From Vicinamibacteria bacterium (GTDB lineage: Bacteria > Acidobacteriota > Vicinamibacteria > Marinacidobacterales > Marinacidobacteraceae): a stretch of DNA of 64,000 nucleotides. The translations under genes were made by a program, and so were the position numbers. Each line of letters starts with the position of its first letter. Position 1 is the first letter of the stretch. Positions 40,727 to 50,234 of the stretch are shown piece by piece. The notes under the pieces were generated by a model. It made no database searches. It was given only the letters and a program-made list of their open reading frames with translations, and was not told where the DNA came from. The stretch spans positions 1,632,001 to 1,696,000 of the forward strand of contig OZ241322.1 in assembly GCA_965199715.1 (NCBI GenBank), in the 5' to 3' direction.

Positions 40727-42553
40727 ATGAGCCGGAGCTTCCGGGGCGCCGCGCTCGCGCTTCTCGCCGGGTGCGCCGCCCCTCCCGAACCCGCCGCGCC
40801 TCCGCCCCCGCCGCTGCGAGCGCTCGCCGATCCCGCGGAAGCCGTCGGAGCCGAAACCTGCGCCGCCTGCCACCCGGACGTAGCGGACGACCAGGCCCGC
40901 CATCCGATGGCCCGCACCGCAGCCGCGATTCCCGGACCGGCGCTCGAGGCGTGGTTCTCGGACGGCATGCTCGCCGCGGCGCTGCGCTGGCCGCACGACC
41001 TCGGCCCGGCCCCGGCGTGGGAGCGCGACGGCGAGTCGGTCCGGCTCACGAGCGAGGAATCCGCGCCCGTCCACGCGGTGTTCGGCTCCGGTCTGCGGGG
41101 CGCGACCCCGGTCTCGTTTGCGCCCGACCGGAGCCTCCGGGAACTGCGCCTCTCGTACTCGCAGGCGCAGGACGGCTGGATCCCCACGCCGGGAACCGAG
41201 GAGGACGCGCATCCGCTCGGCGACCTCGACCCGCCCGAAGTAGCGGGCGACTGCCTCGGCTGCCACGCCACCGCGCTCGCCTGGACGGTCGGCGACCGCT
41301 TCGATCCGCATCAAGCGATCCTCGGCGTGACCTGCGAGCGCTGCCACGGCTCCGGGATCGACCACGTCTCGGGCGGCCCGATCTTCAACCCGGCGGCGCT
41401 CGATCCGGCCGGGGAGGCCGCGTTCTGCGGGCAATGCCACCGCCAGCCCACCGACTTCGAGCCCCGCGAGATCCTCGCCCGCGATCCCGGCCTCGCCCGC
41501 CACGCCGGCGCCAGCCTGATGATGAGCGCGTGCTTCCGGCGCTCGCCCCCCGAGTCCGCGATCGCGTGCACCGACTGCCACGACCCGCACCGGGCCGAAC
41601 CGGCGGCGCCGGCGCGAGTCGCCGCCGCGTGCTCCCGCTGCCACGAGGAGCCGGCGGCGCTGCACGCGGCTCCCGTCGGAACGGACTGCGCGAGCTGCCA
41701 CTTGCCGACCGAGCGCGACGCCTTCGCCGGAACGCCGTTCACGAACCACTGGATCCGGCTCTCCGACGACCCGCTCCCCGCCGCCTCGGCCCGGGAGGAG
41801 TTGCAGTGGCTCGAGGGCCAATACCGGGGGCGACTCGGCGAATCGCATCTTCCGTTCAAGGCGGCGCGGCTGCGCCTTTCGCTCGCGGAGCTGCTGCACA
41901 TCCGCGGCGCCCGCGGCGAGTCCCGCCGCCTGCTGGACGAGGCGCTGGCTGCCGGCCCTGACTACGAGGGCCGACTGAAGGCGGCCGCGTTGCTGCGCGA
42001 CGGCGGCGCGACCGCCGAGGCCGAGGGCGTTCTCCGGGACGCCACGACGACGGACCCGGAGCGTCCGCACGGCTGGTACGAACTCGGCGACCTGCTGCTT
42101 TCGACCGGACGGCACGCGGACGCGATCCCGCCGCTGCGGACGGCGATCGAACGCAGCCCCGACTCCGCCGGCCTGCGCGCCTCGCTCGGAACCGCCCTGC
42201 TGGGAGCCGGACGCGCCGCCGAAGCGGTCGGAAAATTTCGAGAGGCGCTCGCCCTCGACCCCGGCCATCCCGAGGCGCTCGGGCGGCTCGCCGGGATCCT
42301 CGCCGCGCACCCCGAGCGGGCGCTGCGCGATCCCCCGGACGCGGTCCGGCTCGCCCGGCGGCTCGTCGCGATCGCCGGCCCCGAGCCGCGCTCGCTCGAC
42401 CTGCTCGGAGCCGCGTTCGCCGCCGCCGGCGCCTTCGAGGACGCGGCGGCCGCCGCCGGGGAAGCGCTGCGCCTCTCCGGGTCCGATCCCGCGATCGGGA
42501 ACCGGCTCGCGCTCTACTTGTCCGGCCGCCCGTTCGTCGGGCGCATCCCCTGA
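40727..42553 (+). CDS. Multiheme c-type cytochrome (7 CxxCH) fused to TPR repeats, lipoprotein
   Basis: Lipobox LAGC; CAACH, CLGCH, CERCH, CGQCH, CTDCH, CSRCH, CASCH; TNHWI; C-terminal TPRs. Confidence 0.9.
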   Translation: MSRSFRGAALALLAGCAAPPEPAAPPPPPLRALADPAEAVGAETCAACHPDVADDQARHPMARTAAAIPGPALEAWFSDGMLAAALRWPHDLGPAPAWERDGESVRLTSEESAPVHAVFGSGLRGATPVSFAPDRSLRELRLSYSQAQDGWIPTPGTEEDAHPLGDLDPPEVAGDCLGCHATALAWTVGDRFDPHQAILGVTCERCHGSGIDHVSGGPIFNPAALDPAGEAAFCGQCHRQPTDFEPREILARDPGLARHAGASLMMSACFRRSPPESAIACTDCHDPHRAEPAAPARVAAACSRCHEEPAALHAAPVGTDCASCHLPTERDAFAGTPFTNHWIRLSDDPLPAASAREELQWLEGQYRGRLGESHLPFKAARLRLSLAELLHIRGARGESRRLLDEALAAGPDYEGRLKAAALLRDGGATAEAEGVLRDATTTDPERPHGWYELGDLLLSTGRHADAIPPLRTAIERSPDSAGLRASLGTALLGAGRAAEAVGKFREALALDPGHPEALGRLAGILAAHPERALRDPPDAVRLARRLVAIAGPEPRSLDLLGAAFAAAGAFEDAAAAAGEALRLSGSDPAIGNRLALYLSGRPFVGRIP

Positions 42554-42575
42554 TCCCCGTAGAATCGCCGGTTCC

Positions 42576-43325
42576 ATGATCCTTCGCCTGCAGCACATCG
42601 GAACCGCCTACGCCAGCCACGACCGGGCCGTCGAGCGCCTGAAGCGGGTGGGCCTCGCGCCGCAGGACTTCCGGGACGACCAGGGCCAGGGATTCCAGCA
42701 CGACTGCCGCACCCTGCTCGGCAACGAGTGCTGGCTGCACGTGGTCCACAACTGGAACCCGCAGGCGCGGGTGTTTCGGTACCTCGCGGCGCACGGCGAG
42801 GGGCTCGAGCACATCGCCATCGAGACCGACGACATCCACGCCGCGGTCGCCCGGGTGCGCGAGAGCGCCCCGATCTGGGAGGACCGGATTCTCGAGAAGG
42901 CGGCGGACGGCTTCGAGGCGTTCGTGTACCCCGAGCACGCCAGCGGGTTCACCGTGGAGCTCATCCAGCCGCACCCGACGAGCTGGAACTGGCCGGACCC
43001 GCCGCCCGAACGCGTCAGCCCGACGCTCGAGGTGCGCCGCCTCGCCGAGGTCGTCGCTGGCGCTCCCGACCCGGTCTCCGCCGCCGAGCGCTTCGACCGG
43101 CTCTTCGACCTGAAGCCGGAATCCGACGGGAAGGACGCGCTGGTCGCGTTCCGCAACGACTGCGCGCTGCGCTTCCGCCCGGGCGAACCCGGACTTCACG
43201 CGCTCGTCTTCGAGAGCGCCGACCCCGAGGCGGACCGCCGCGCGCTCGCGCCGCTCGCGGGAGACGGCCCCGAAGTCCGCGTCCCGTCCGGGGCGGCGGG
43301 CTTCGAGATCGTCATCCGCGGCTGA
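42576..43325 (+). CDS. VOC/glyoxalase protein (methylmalonyl-CoA epimerase-like N-domain)
   Basis: LQHIG, HGEGLEHIAIETDDI, FVYPEHASGFTVELIQ. Confidence 0.82.
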   Translation: MILRLQHIGTAYASHDRAVERLKRVGLAPQDFRDDQGQGFQHDCRTLLGNECWLHVVHNWNPQARVFRYLAAHGEGLEHIAIETDDIHAAVARVRESAPIWEDRILEKAADGFEAFVYPEHASGFTVELIQPHPTSWNWPDPPPERVSPTLEVRRLAEVVAGAPDPVSAAERFDRLFDLKPESDGKDALVAFRNDCALRFRPGEPGLHALVFESADPEADRRALAPLAGDGPEVRVPSGAAGFEIVIRG

Positions 43326-43375
43326 ACTCGGAGCGGGGCTTGCCGGCTCCGCGAAACCACCGAGGAGGATCCGAC

Positions 43376-43723
43376 GTGCGCATCTGACCCTTGCGATTCT
43401 CGGAGCGGCGCTGATCGGCGCCGTCGCCCCCAGTTCCACTGCCCGCGCCGCCTCCGATCCTGGAGGACGTCCCCGGGGAAGCGCCCGAGCGGGAGCTGCT
43501 GGAACTCCGCGATCCGGTTGTGGACGCGATCTGGATTTCGGCTGCCCCCGCGCAAGAGCGCCGGCGGATGATGATCGGCGCGCTCGCCGAGCGGCACGCG
43601 CGGCGCCTGCAGGACGAGGGGCACGACGAGGCCGCGGTTCGACGGGAGCTGGAGCGCGTCCTTGAGTCCACCGAGGAGCTCGTCGAGGCGGAATGTCGCC
43701 GCGCCTTGCGACGAACCGACTAG
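43376..43723 (+). pseudogene. Small secreted hypothetical protein, apparently frameshifted
   Basis: GAGGAGG RBS and GTG at 43376. The signal-like HLTLAILGAALIGAVA is in a different frame from the body (…ILEDVPGEAPERELLELRD…RRALRRTD). Confidence 0.35.
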
Positions 43724-43742
43724 TCGGTTAGACTGGTCGGTC
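43714..43742 (+). promoter_or_regulatory. Putative TA operator overlapping the -10 box
   Basis: Perfect palindrome AACCGACTAGTCGGTT (43714-43729), TAGACT box (43729-43734) and a second GACTGGTCGGTC copy upstream of the antitoxin. Confidence 0.7.
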
Positions 43743-43763
43743 CGTTCCGAAAGAGGCGGCCCC

Positions 43764-44009
43764 ATGGAAGAAATCGGAGCCTACGCGGCCAAGACGCACT
43801 TCCCGAAGCTGCTCGACCGGGTGTCCGAGGGCGAGAGCGTCCTCATCACCCGGCGCGGGAAGCCCGTCGCCAAGCTCGTGCCGGCCGAGGACGACCACCG
43901 CAAGCGGGCGGAAGCGGCGGTCCGGCGCATGGAGCAACGGCGGCGAGAAGTCGTCGGCGCCTCGCTTGAGGAACTGATTGCCTCCGTGCACGAAGGACAC
44001 CGGTATTGA
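43764..44009 (+). CDS. Phd/YefM-family antitoxin
   Basis: IGAYAAKTHFPKLLDRVSEGESVLITRRGKPVAKLVP. Confidence 0.93.
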   Translation: MEEIGAYAAKTHFPKLLDRVSEGESVLITRRGKPVAKLVPAEDDHRKRAEAAVRRMEQRRREVVGASLEELIASVHEGHRY

Positions 44010-44437
44010 GTCCGCTGGTCGTCGATGCGTCGATGATCCTCGCTGCGAACCTCGAGGACGAGGAACATCCCGAGGTTGCGGCCGTCTTGCGGCGGGTCGC
44101 GGCGGCGGGGTGCGTCGTGCCGGGCGTCTGGTGGTATGAGGTTCGCAACGCGTTTCTCATGAACGAGCGGCGCGGGCGGATCACCCCGAACCAGGTCGCG
44201 AATGCGCTGGCGGACTGTCGAGACATTCGCTTCGAACGCGATACCACCCACGATGAGGCGTTCCTCCTCGAACTGGCGCGCCGACATCGGCTCACCATTT
44301 ACGATGCCTCGTATCTTGAGGTCGCGCTGCGGCGCAACCTGCCGCTGGCCACGCTTGATCGCCGCCTCGCCGCCGCCGCTCGGGAGTCCGGGGTCGCCGT
44401 TTGCGGCGAGGAGCCGAACCGTGACACGCAGCACTGA
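44006..44437 (+). CDS. vapC: VapC PIN-domain toxin
   Basis: LVVDAS, WWYEVRNA, LTIYDASYLEVA, LATLD; 4-nt overlap with the antitoxin. Confidence 0.93.
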   Translation: MSPLVVDASMILAANLEDEEHPEVAAVLRRVAAAGCVVPGVWWYEVRNAFLMNERRGRITPNQVANALADCRDIRFERDTTHDEAFLLELARRHRLTIYDASYLEVALRRNLPLATLDRRLAAAARESGVAVCGEEPNRDTQH

Positions 44438-44696
44438 GAGGGCGGGCGACGAGGGCCCGATCGACGCCGGCGAGGCGCCGAAGCGCTTCGCCCGGCTGCT
44501 CGAGCGAGTGGCCGAAGGCGAGAGCGTCCTCATCACCCGAGACGGGCGGCCCGTCGCCAAGCTCGCGCCGGCCGAGGACGAGCGCCGCAAGCGCGCGGAC
44601 GCGCGGATCGGGCGCATGGCGCGGCTCCGCAGTGGGATCGTGGGCGCCACGTCCGAGGAGATCATGGCCTCGATCCATGAGGGTCACCGCTACTGA
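44421..44696 (+). pseudogene. Second, degenerate Phd/YefM antitoxin copy with no toxin
   Basis: FARLLERVAEGESVLITRDGRPVAKLAPAED…ASIHEGHRY is a clear paralogue of 43764-44009; canonical start lost. Confidence 0.75.
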
Positions 44697-44894
44697 GGCG
44701 AACGATGCCGCCCGCCCGGCGCTCGACGGACGCGCTGCGGATGAGATCCTCGGGTGCGACGAAGACGGCTCGCCGGGTCGGGAGCTCGGCGAGGCGACCC
44801 CTCCGACGGACGCCGCCCCGCCGCCCGGCCCCGACCGCCCGCCCTTCGGCGTTCCGCTCCCCGTTCGCCGAATGCCGTGCGATTCTTGGCGAAT

Positions 44895-44923
44895 TTGACA
44901 GACCGAACGGAATCCAACATACT
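44895..44923 (+). promoter_or_regulatory. Sigma-70-type promoter upstream of TBDR 2
   Basis: TTGACA (44895-44900), 17-nt spacer, CATACT (44918-44923). Confidence 0.6.
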
Positions 44924-45059
44924 CGTGCGCTTGACTTCGGGAAGTTGGATCGGCGAGTCATCCGCACGTGGCGGCTCGCGCCCTTCAATCTCCCGAAGCT
45001 CTTTGCTATCTATCGTTTAGCTGCTCGGTCGCATTCCCGCGGAGTCCCGGTTTCGTCCT

Positions 45060-45075
45060 TGGCCCGCCAGTTGCT
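45060..45075 (+). promoter_or_regulatory. Sigma-54 promoter of TBDR 2
   Basis: TGGCCCGCCAGTTGCT, one mismatch to the TBDR 1 element, correct GG-N10-GC spacing. Confidence 0.72.
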
Positions 45076-45134
45076 CAGAGAAGCCGAACGTTCCCAACTC
45101 CATGCTCTCGATCCCCAAGGAGGACCAACGCAGC

Positions 45135-48041
45135 ATGAGAAGACTGATTCTCTTTAGCCTGCTGCTGGCGTGGCCGAGCGCGGCGCTCAGTCAGCAGATC
45201 TACGGGCGGCTCGAAGGCGCGGCCTCGGATACGCAGGGTCTGGTCCTCCCCGGAGTGACCGTCACCCTGACCTCCGACGAGCTCGTAGCCCCCCGCATCG
45301 CGACGACGGACGTGGACGGCTCGTACCGGTTCGCGCAGCTCGTCGGCGGCAGCTACAACGTCATGTTCGAGCTCGGCGGCTTCCAGACCGTCGTGTTCGA
45401 GGACGTGACGGTGGTCGGCGGCTCCACGTTCCAGATCAACGCGAACATGGACATCGCGACCGTCGCCGAGACGGTGACCGTGACCGGGGAATCGCCGGTC
45501 GTGGACGTGAAAACCACCGGCGTCTCCGCGACGTTCGACACGACCCAGCTTGAGGATGTCCCGTCGGCCACCGACATGTGGGCGGTCCTCCAGCAGAGTC
45601 CCGGCGTGCGGATGCGCGGCTACGACGTGGGCGGGTCCCACAAGAGCCAGCAGTCCGGCTACGAGACGTTCGGCGTCCGCGGCCAGAACCGCATCATCAA
45701 CGACGGCGTGAACACGACCGAGGGCACCGGCGGAGCCGGCGGCTACTACGACTTCTACGCGATCGGCGAGTTCCAGGTGTCCGCGCAGGGCGCCGACGTG
45801 GAGACGAACACTCCCGGCGCCACCGTGAACGCGGTCTGGAAGAGCGGCGGAAACCAGTTCTCCGGCACCGAGCACGGCGCCTATGAGCCCCGCGACTGGA
45901 TCGCGAACAACATCTCCTCCGACCTCGAAAGCCGCGGCGGCACCCCGGCGCCGGTGATTGACTTCTACGAGTACCACCTCGATCTCGGCGGCCCGATCGT
46001 CCGGGACAAGGCGTGGTTCTACGCGGCCTACAACCGGTTCTTCATTGACCGGATCATCTCCGGTGTGGACGAGTCCGACGCCACGGACGTGGGCGATTTC
46101 GACATGTTCACCGTGAAGGCGAACTGGCAGATCACGGATCGTGATCAGTTCATCACCTTCCACCACTGGTCGCTCAAGCAGAAGCCCTTCCGGGGACTCT
46201 CGTCCTCGCGCCCGCCCGAGACCATCCTCGCGCAGGACTCGTGGAGCTGGCTCCACAAGGCCGAGTGGCAGCGGGTCTGGAGCGACCGTCTTTACAGCAA
46301 CATCCAGGTCAACCACTTCGGCTTCGGCTGGCCGATGACCCCCGCGGTCGATCCGTCCACGAATCCGCCGCGGGTGGACTCCGGCACCGGCCAGTGGGCT
46401 GGCGCTGGTTGGCGTCCGTTCACGTTCAACCGCTGGAAGCCGCACTCCACCGGGCAGTTCAACTACTACCTCCCGACCGGAGACCAGAGCCACGACTTCA
46501 AGTTCGGGTGGGATTTCCAGATCGACGAGCGGCAGTTCGGCTGGAACTCGAACTCGGGCGCAGTGCGCTACCTCGACGACAGCAACCAGGATCCTCCGCG
46601 CCCATTCAACGTCAACGAGATCCACTTCCAGAGCTTCCCGAACTTCAACCAGGATCGGAACACCCACATGGACTTCTATGCGCAGGACGTGTGGACGATC
46701 AACGATCGCCTGACGATCAACGCCGGCGTTCGCTTCGGAAGCCAGCGCATCGGCTACCTCGGCTCGAACAACACGCCGGGCGGCACCTGCCCCGCCGTCG
46801 TTGGCTGCATCCGCGAGATTGCGGCCATTGACGCCAACGTGGCGGGCGCGCTTCCGCTCCTGTTCGGTCCCGGCGACGAGATCCCTGCCGCGAGCAACCT
46901 CATCAGTTGGTGGAACGTTGCTCCCCGGGTCGGCTTCACGTTCGACGTGACCGGCGAGGGCCGCTCGGTCCTGAAGGGCTACTGGGGCCGTTACTTCCAC
47001 AACATGAACAGCGGCTGGCCGTCAGCCAACCCCGGTGGCAACAAGTCCGTGACCTATGAGTTCCTTGACCAGAACATGAACGGTCTCTTCGACGGCGTCG
47101 GCGAGCTGGGCGCTCGCCTCGGCGGCAGCACCGGTGCTGGCCTCGGTCAGGACTTCAGCGTTCCGCCGACTGGAATTGCGATTGACCAAGCGACAGAGCA
47201 GCCGTACGTGGACGAGGTCAGCGCTTCTTGGGAGCACCAGATCGGCAACGATCTCGGCGCCCGGATCTCGCTGGTCCACAAGCGGCAGTACGGCGCGTGG
47301 GGCAACCTGAACGTCGCCCGCATCGGCACCCTGACGAACCAGGCGCAGGTCGCCTGCCCGGACGCGTGTCCGAACGGGTTGGCCGGCACCCTGCTGACCG
47401 TCAACGGGCTGCCCGATGGCGTTCCGAACAGCGATCTCCTCGCGACGAACGTTCCCGCAGGCGAAGCCGACTACAACTGGACCACGCTGTCGATGGGACT
47501 GAATCGCCGCTTCCGGAACAACTTCTTCTGGAACGCCTACTTCGACTACCAGTGGCGGAGCGAAGGCCGGACTCCGGGCCAGAGCACGAGCCCGCTGACC
47601 ACCGATCCGGTCGGCGTCGGCTGGACCTACCCGTACGGCTTCATCCCCAACATTCAGGAGACGGACAACTGGCAGTTCAAGGGCGCGGCCCGCTACGTCA
47701 TGCCCTATGACATCGGCGTGGCCGGCACGCTGCGGTACGTCAGCGGCTTCCCATGGGCACCGTTCGTCAGCGTCCCGGTTCCGAACGTCGGCAACCAGAC
47801 CATCTTCCTCGCGAACATGGACACCAACCGCTCGGACACGGTGTCAATCCTTGATTTCCGTGTGGACAAGTCCTTCGCGCTCGGCGACTTCGGGCAGATT
47901 GAGTTCATGGTGGACTTCTTCAACGCGCTCAACAACGCTTCCGAGACCAACTTCCGGATGGTCGTCGGTTCGCGTTACCGCGAGACCATTGAGTGGATCC
48001 AAGGCCGCACCATCGGCCTCTCCGCTCGCCTGACCTTCTAG
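45135..48041 (+). CDS. TonB-dependent receptor (Oar-like), copy 2, paralogue of 36537-39434
   Basis: Same architecture and long identical stretches (ATDMWAVL, GGSHKSQQS, WLHKAEWQRVWSDRLYSNI, GRTIGLSARLTF). Confidence 0.93.
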   Translation: MRRLILFSLLLAWPSAALSQQIYGRLEGAASDTQGLVLPGVTVTLTSDELVAPRIATTDVDGSYRFAQLVGGSYNVMFELGGFQTVVFEDVTVVGGSTFQINANMDIATVAETVTVTGESPVVDVKTTGVSATFDTTQLEDVPSATDMWAVLQQSPGVRMRGYDVGGSHKSQQSGYETFGVRGQNRIINDGVNTTEGTGGAGGYYDFYAIGEFQVSAQGADVETNTPGATVNAVWKSGGNQFSGTEHGAYEPRDWIANNISSDLESRGGTPAPVIDFYEYHLDLGGPIVRDKAWFYAAYNRFFIDRIISGVDESDATDVGDFDMFTVKANWQITDRDQFITFHHWSLKQKPFRGLSSSRPPETILAQDSWSWLHKAEWQRVWSDRLYSNIQVNHFGFGWPMTPAVDPSTNPPRVDSGTGQWAGAGWRPFTFNRWKPHSTGQFNYYLPTGDQSHDFKFGWDFQIDERQFGWNSNSGAVRYLDDSNQDPPRPFNVNEIHFQSFPNFNQDRNTHMDFYAQDVWTINDRLTINAGVRFGSQRIGYLGSNNTPGGTCPAVVGCIREIAAIDANVAGALPLLFGPGDEIPAASNLISWWNVAPRVGFTFDVTGEGRSVLKGYWGRYFHNMNSGWPSANPGGNKSVTYEFLDQNMNGLFDGVGELGARLGGSTGAGLGQDFSVPPTGIAIDQATEQPYVDEVSASWEHQIGNDLGARISLVHKRQYGAWGNLNVARIGTLTNQAQVACPDACPNGLAGTLLTVNGLPDGVPNSDLLATNVPAGEADYNWTTLSMGLNRRFRNNFFWNAYFDYQWRSEGRTPGQSTSPLTTDPVGVGWTYPYGFIPNIQETDNWQFKGAARYVMPYDIGVAGTLRYVSGFPWAPFVSVPVPNVGNQTIFLANMDTNRSDTVSILDFRVDKSFALGDFGQIEFMVDFFNALNNASETNFRMVVGSRYRETIEWIQGRTIGLSARLTF

Positions 48042-48066
48042 AGTCCTTTTAGAGCCTCAGGCAACT

Positions 48067-48104
48067 GGCCCGCCGTCCTTAGGGGCGGCGGGCCTCTTTC
48101 TTTA
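48067..48104 (+). terminator. Intrinsic terminator after TBDR 2
   Basis: Stem GGCCCGCCGTCC / GGGCGGCGGGCC followed by TCTTTCTTTA. Confidence 0.8.
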
Positions 48105-48155
48105 TCTTGGCGCAGCGACGGCTACCGAACTTCCATATTCGTGTCCAACACGACC

Positions 48156-49170
48156 TCAAGGAGTTCCCACGAGTAGGTGGCCGCGCGGACGCTGCCGTCC
48201 GGCTGGGCGACCAGTTGGTGCACGGCCAAGGTTCTCGAGGTCTTCCTCGAATGCGCCTATGGCGGCCCTGACGCACGCGTGGCTGTGGGTCGTAGCGACG
48301 AGCTGGACATCCAGCCGCTTCATCCATTTCCGGACATGAATCCAAAGCCAGGGGAGGATCGTGTAGTGCTGGCCTCGCTCGATCTCATCCGACAGAGCGA
48401 CGCCGCCGCGAGCGGCGAGCAGCCCCAGCAGCAGCCGCTCGACAGTTGCGACTCCGTCTCCCAGATCGCCGAGGAGCCGCCGCTTCCCGGTTTCCGTGAG
48501 CGCACGGAGATAGGTCTCGCCGCGTTCATCCGCGAGCAGTTCAACGTCGCGCACGGACGGCATCGCCAGACGGATCGCCTTCACCAAGTCGGCCTTCAAG
48601 TCCTGGCGAACGACATCCGAGTACCAGGCAAGGAACTCCTTCGCGCGGATTCCCTGGCCGTCGGCGCCGACGAACACGGCGCGCGTCCCGCCGCTGGCCT
48701 CCTTCGGGCGCACGTATTGGACGGCCCCGGCGGGCGTGAGCGCGAAGGCGGTCTTGCCCTCGGACGCACTTGTGTCGAACCGGAGGTCAAGCCGCCCCGT
48801 GACCTGCGTTTACCGCTCGCTGTCTCCGATCCTGAGCGGAGCCCCGGAGCAGGAGTGAAACTCGGCCCGGACGGAACGCCCGACGCCGCGCCCGACCGCC
48901 GACAGCTCCACCCCGCCGGAATCGGAGAGGCGGATTATCCGATCGACCGGCGCGTCGCCGTACCGGTGCAACCCCGGATCCCAGAGAAGCTGGGGATTTC
49001 GCCGGCCCGCGAACAGCCGGATCGCTTCCAGCATGGCGGTCTTCCCGACGTCGTGGGCGCCGGTCGGGATGTTCGCCTGCTTCAGTGGGAGTTCGAGCCC
49101 GCTGATTCCTTGAAAGGACTTCGCGACGAAACGGCTCAGGGCGGGCGACCGCTCCGCCGCAGTATCATTC
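48156..49170 (-). pseudogene. Degenerate AAA_15/AAA_21 (AbiEii/OLD-like) ABC-type ATPase
   Basis: N-part SFQGISGLELPLKQANIPTGAHDVGKTAMLEAI (decayed Walker A). C-part in another frame: LGDG…SDEIERGQHY…QLVATTHS. Broken by stops or frameshifts. Confidence 0.7.
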
Positions 49171-49344
49171 TCCACTTCGCACCCCCTCCCCAACGGCGCT
49201 GCGCCGCGGCGGCATAGAGCCTCGGCCGGAAGCGGTGGGGTTCGGAAACGGGAGGTGCTTGATGGAGACCATGCGAATCGGCGAGGCCGACGCGGAGGCG
49301 ATCCGCGGCGACTGTCGGAGGTCGGCAACGACCTTCAGAAAGCC

Positions 49345-49685
49345 ATGGGCCTCAAGGAACGGACCTCGGGTGAGGCTCTCCCGCCTGCGGAAACGCTCGC
49401 TCGGTACGGGCGCGCGCTGCCGGTGAGCGCGGACCGGATCCTGTCGATCGCCGAGCGGGACGCGGCCCACCGCCGCGCCCTCGAGGCGCGGGTCGTAGTT
49501 GAGCGGCGCGGGGCCGCGCCGCCGATTTCCGGCGGGCGGCAGTTCACGTCGTGGCCCTGATCGCCGTCTGCGCCGCGGGATGGATGGCTTGGCAGGAGCG
49601 CGCCGTCTTGGGTTTCGCCGCGGCACCCGCGGGGCTCGGAGCCGCGCTCGCTCTCATCGTCCTCGGAGGACGCAGCTCGTTCTGA
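49345..49685 (+). pseudogene. DUF2335-like membrane protein, frameshifted
   Basis: SGEALPPAETLARYGRALPVSADRILSIAERDAAHR matches the DUF2335 pattern; TM segments continue in another frame to TGA at 49683-49685. Confidence 0.55.
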
Positions 49686-49987
49686 TGCGCCTGCGGAACG
49701 GCGGCGTCGCCGCAAGGACGCTGGCCCGGGAGCAGGCCGATCACCTTCGCGCCGACCGGTCCCCCGCCGAGGCCCAGAAGGCCGCACGGAAGCGGCGCCG
49801 GAAGATCCTCGCCGCTGTGAGCGCGGTGATGGTCAGTCTCGTGCTTGGACTGCTGTTCGACGAAAGACGCAACTGGCTGACGTTGGCGATCCCGGTAGGA
49901 GTTGGGATCTTCGCCGCGCTTTCCTCCGGCTGGAAGGAGGAGCGACGACGGGAAGCGGGTCCGGAATCGGCGGGGCTTACTCGGTGA
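49685..49987 (+). CDS. Small 2-TM hypothetical protein
   Basis: ATG overlaps the previous TGA; KILAAVSAVMVSLVLGLLF and LTLAIPVGVGIFAAL. Confidence 0.4.
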   Translation: MRLRNGGVAARTLAREQADHLRADRSPAEAQKAARKRRRKILAAVSAVMVSLVLGLLFDERRNWLTLAIPVGVGIFAALSSGWKEERRREAGPESAGLTR

Positions 49988-50234
49988 CGTCTCCGAACGT
50001 ACGGGAGATCGCCGGCAGTCTCTCGAAGCCCGTCGCCTGATCGATGCCCCTATCGAAGGACAGAATGCGTTGGACGCAAGCAGATGTACGGAGGCGTGGG
50101 CCTCGGGCTCGTCGGCCTGCTCGTGGCGCTGCTGAGCGGCTCGGACGCGGCCGACTGGGCGCCGCTCCTCATGCCGGCGCTGGGCGCGGCCGGCGCGTGG
50201 CGCGTCCGGTCGAGGAAGAAGGCCGGCCCGCCGG

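Noticed and set aside
43376-43723. Selenocysteine or stop-codon readthrough (two in-frame TGAs after a strong RBS)
   Set aside because: No redox motif context or evident SECIS. The alternative frame gives a good signal peptide, so compensating indels explain it better.
36459-48041. TBDR pair as direct repeats bounding a mobile element or as an assembly duplication
   Set aside because: The copies are substantially diverged over most of their length with distinct flanks, consistent with old paralogues.
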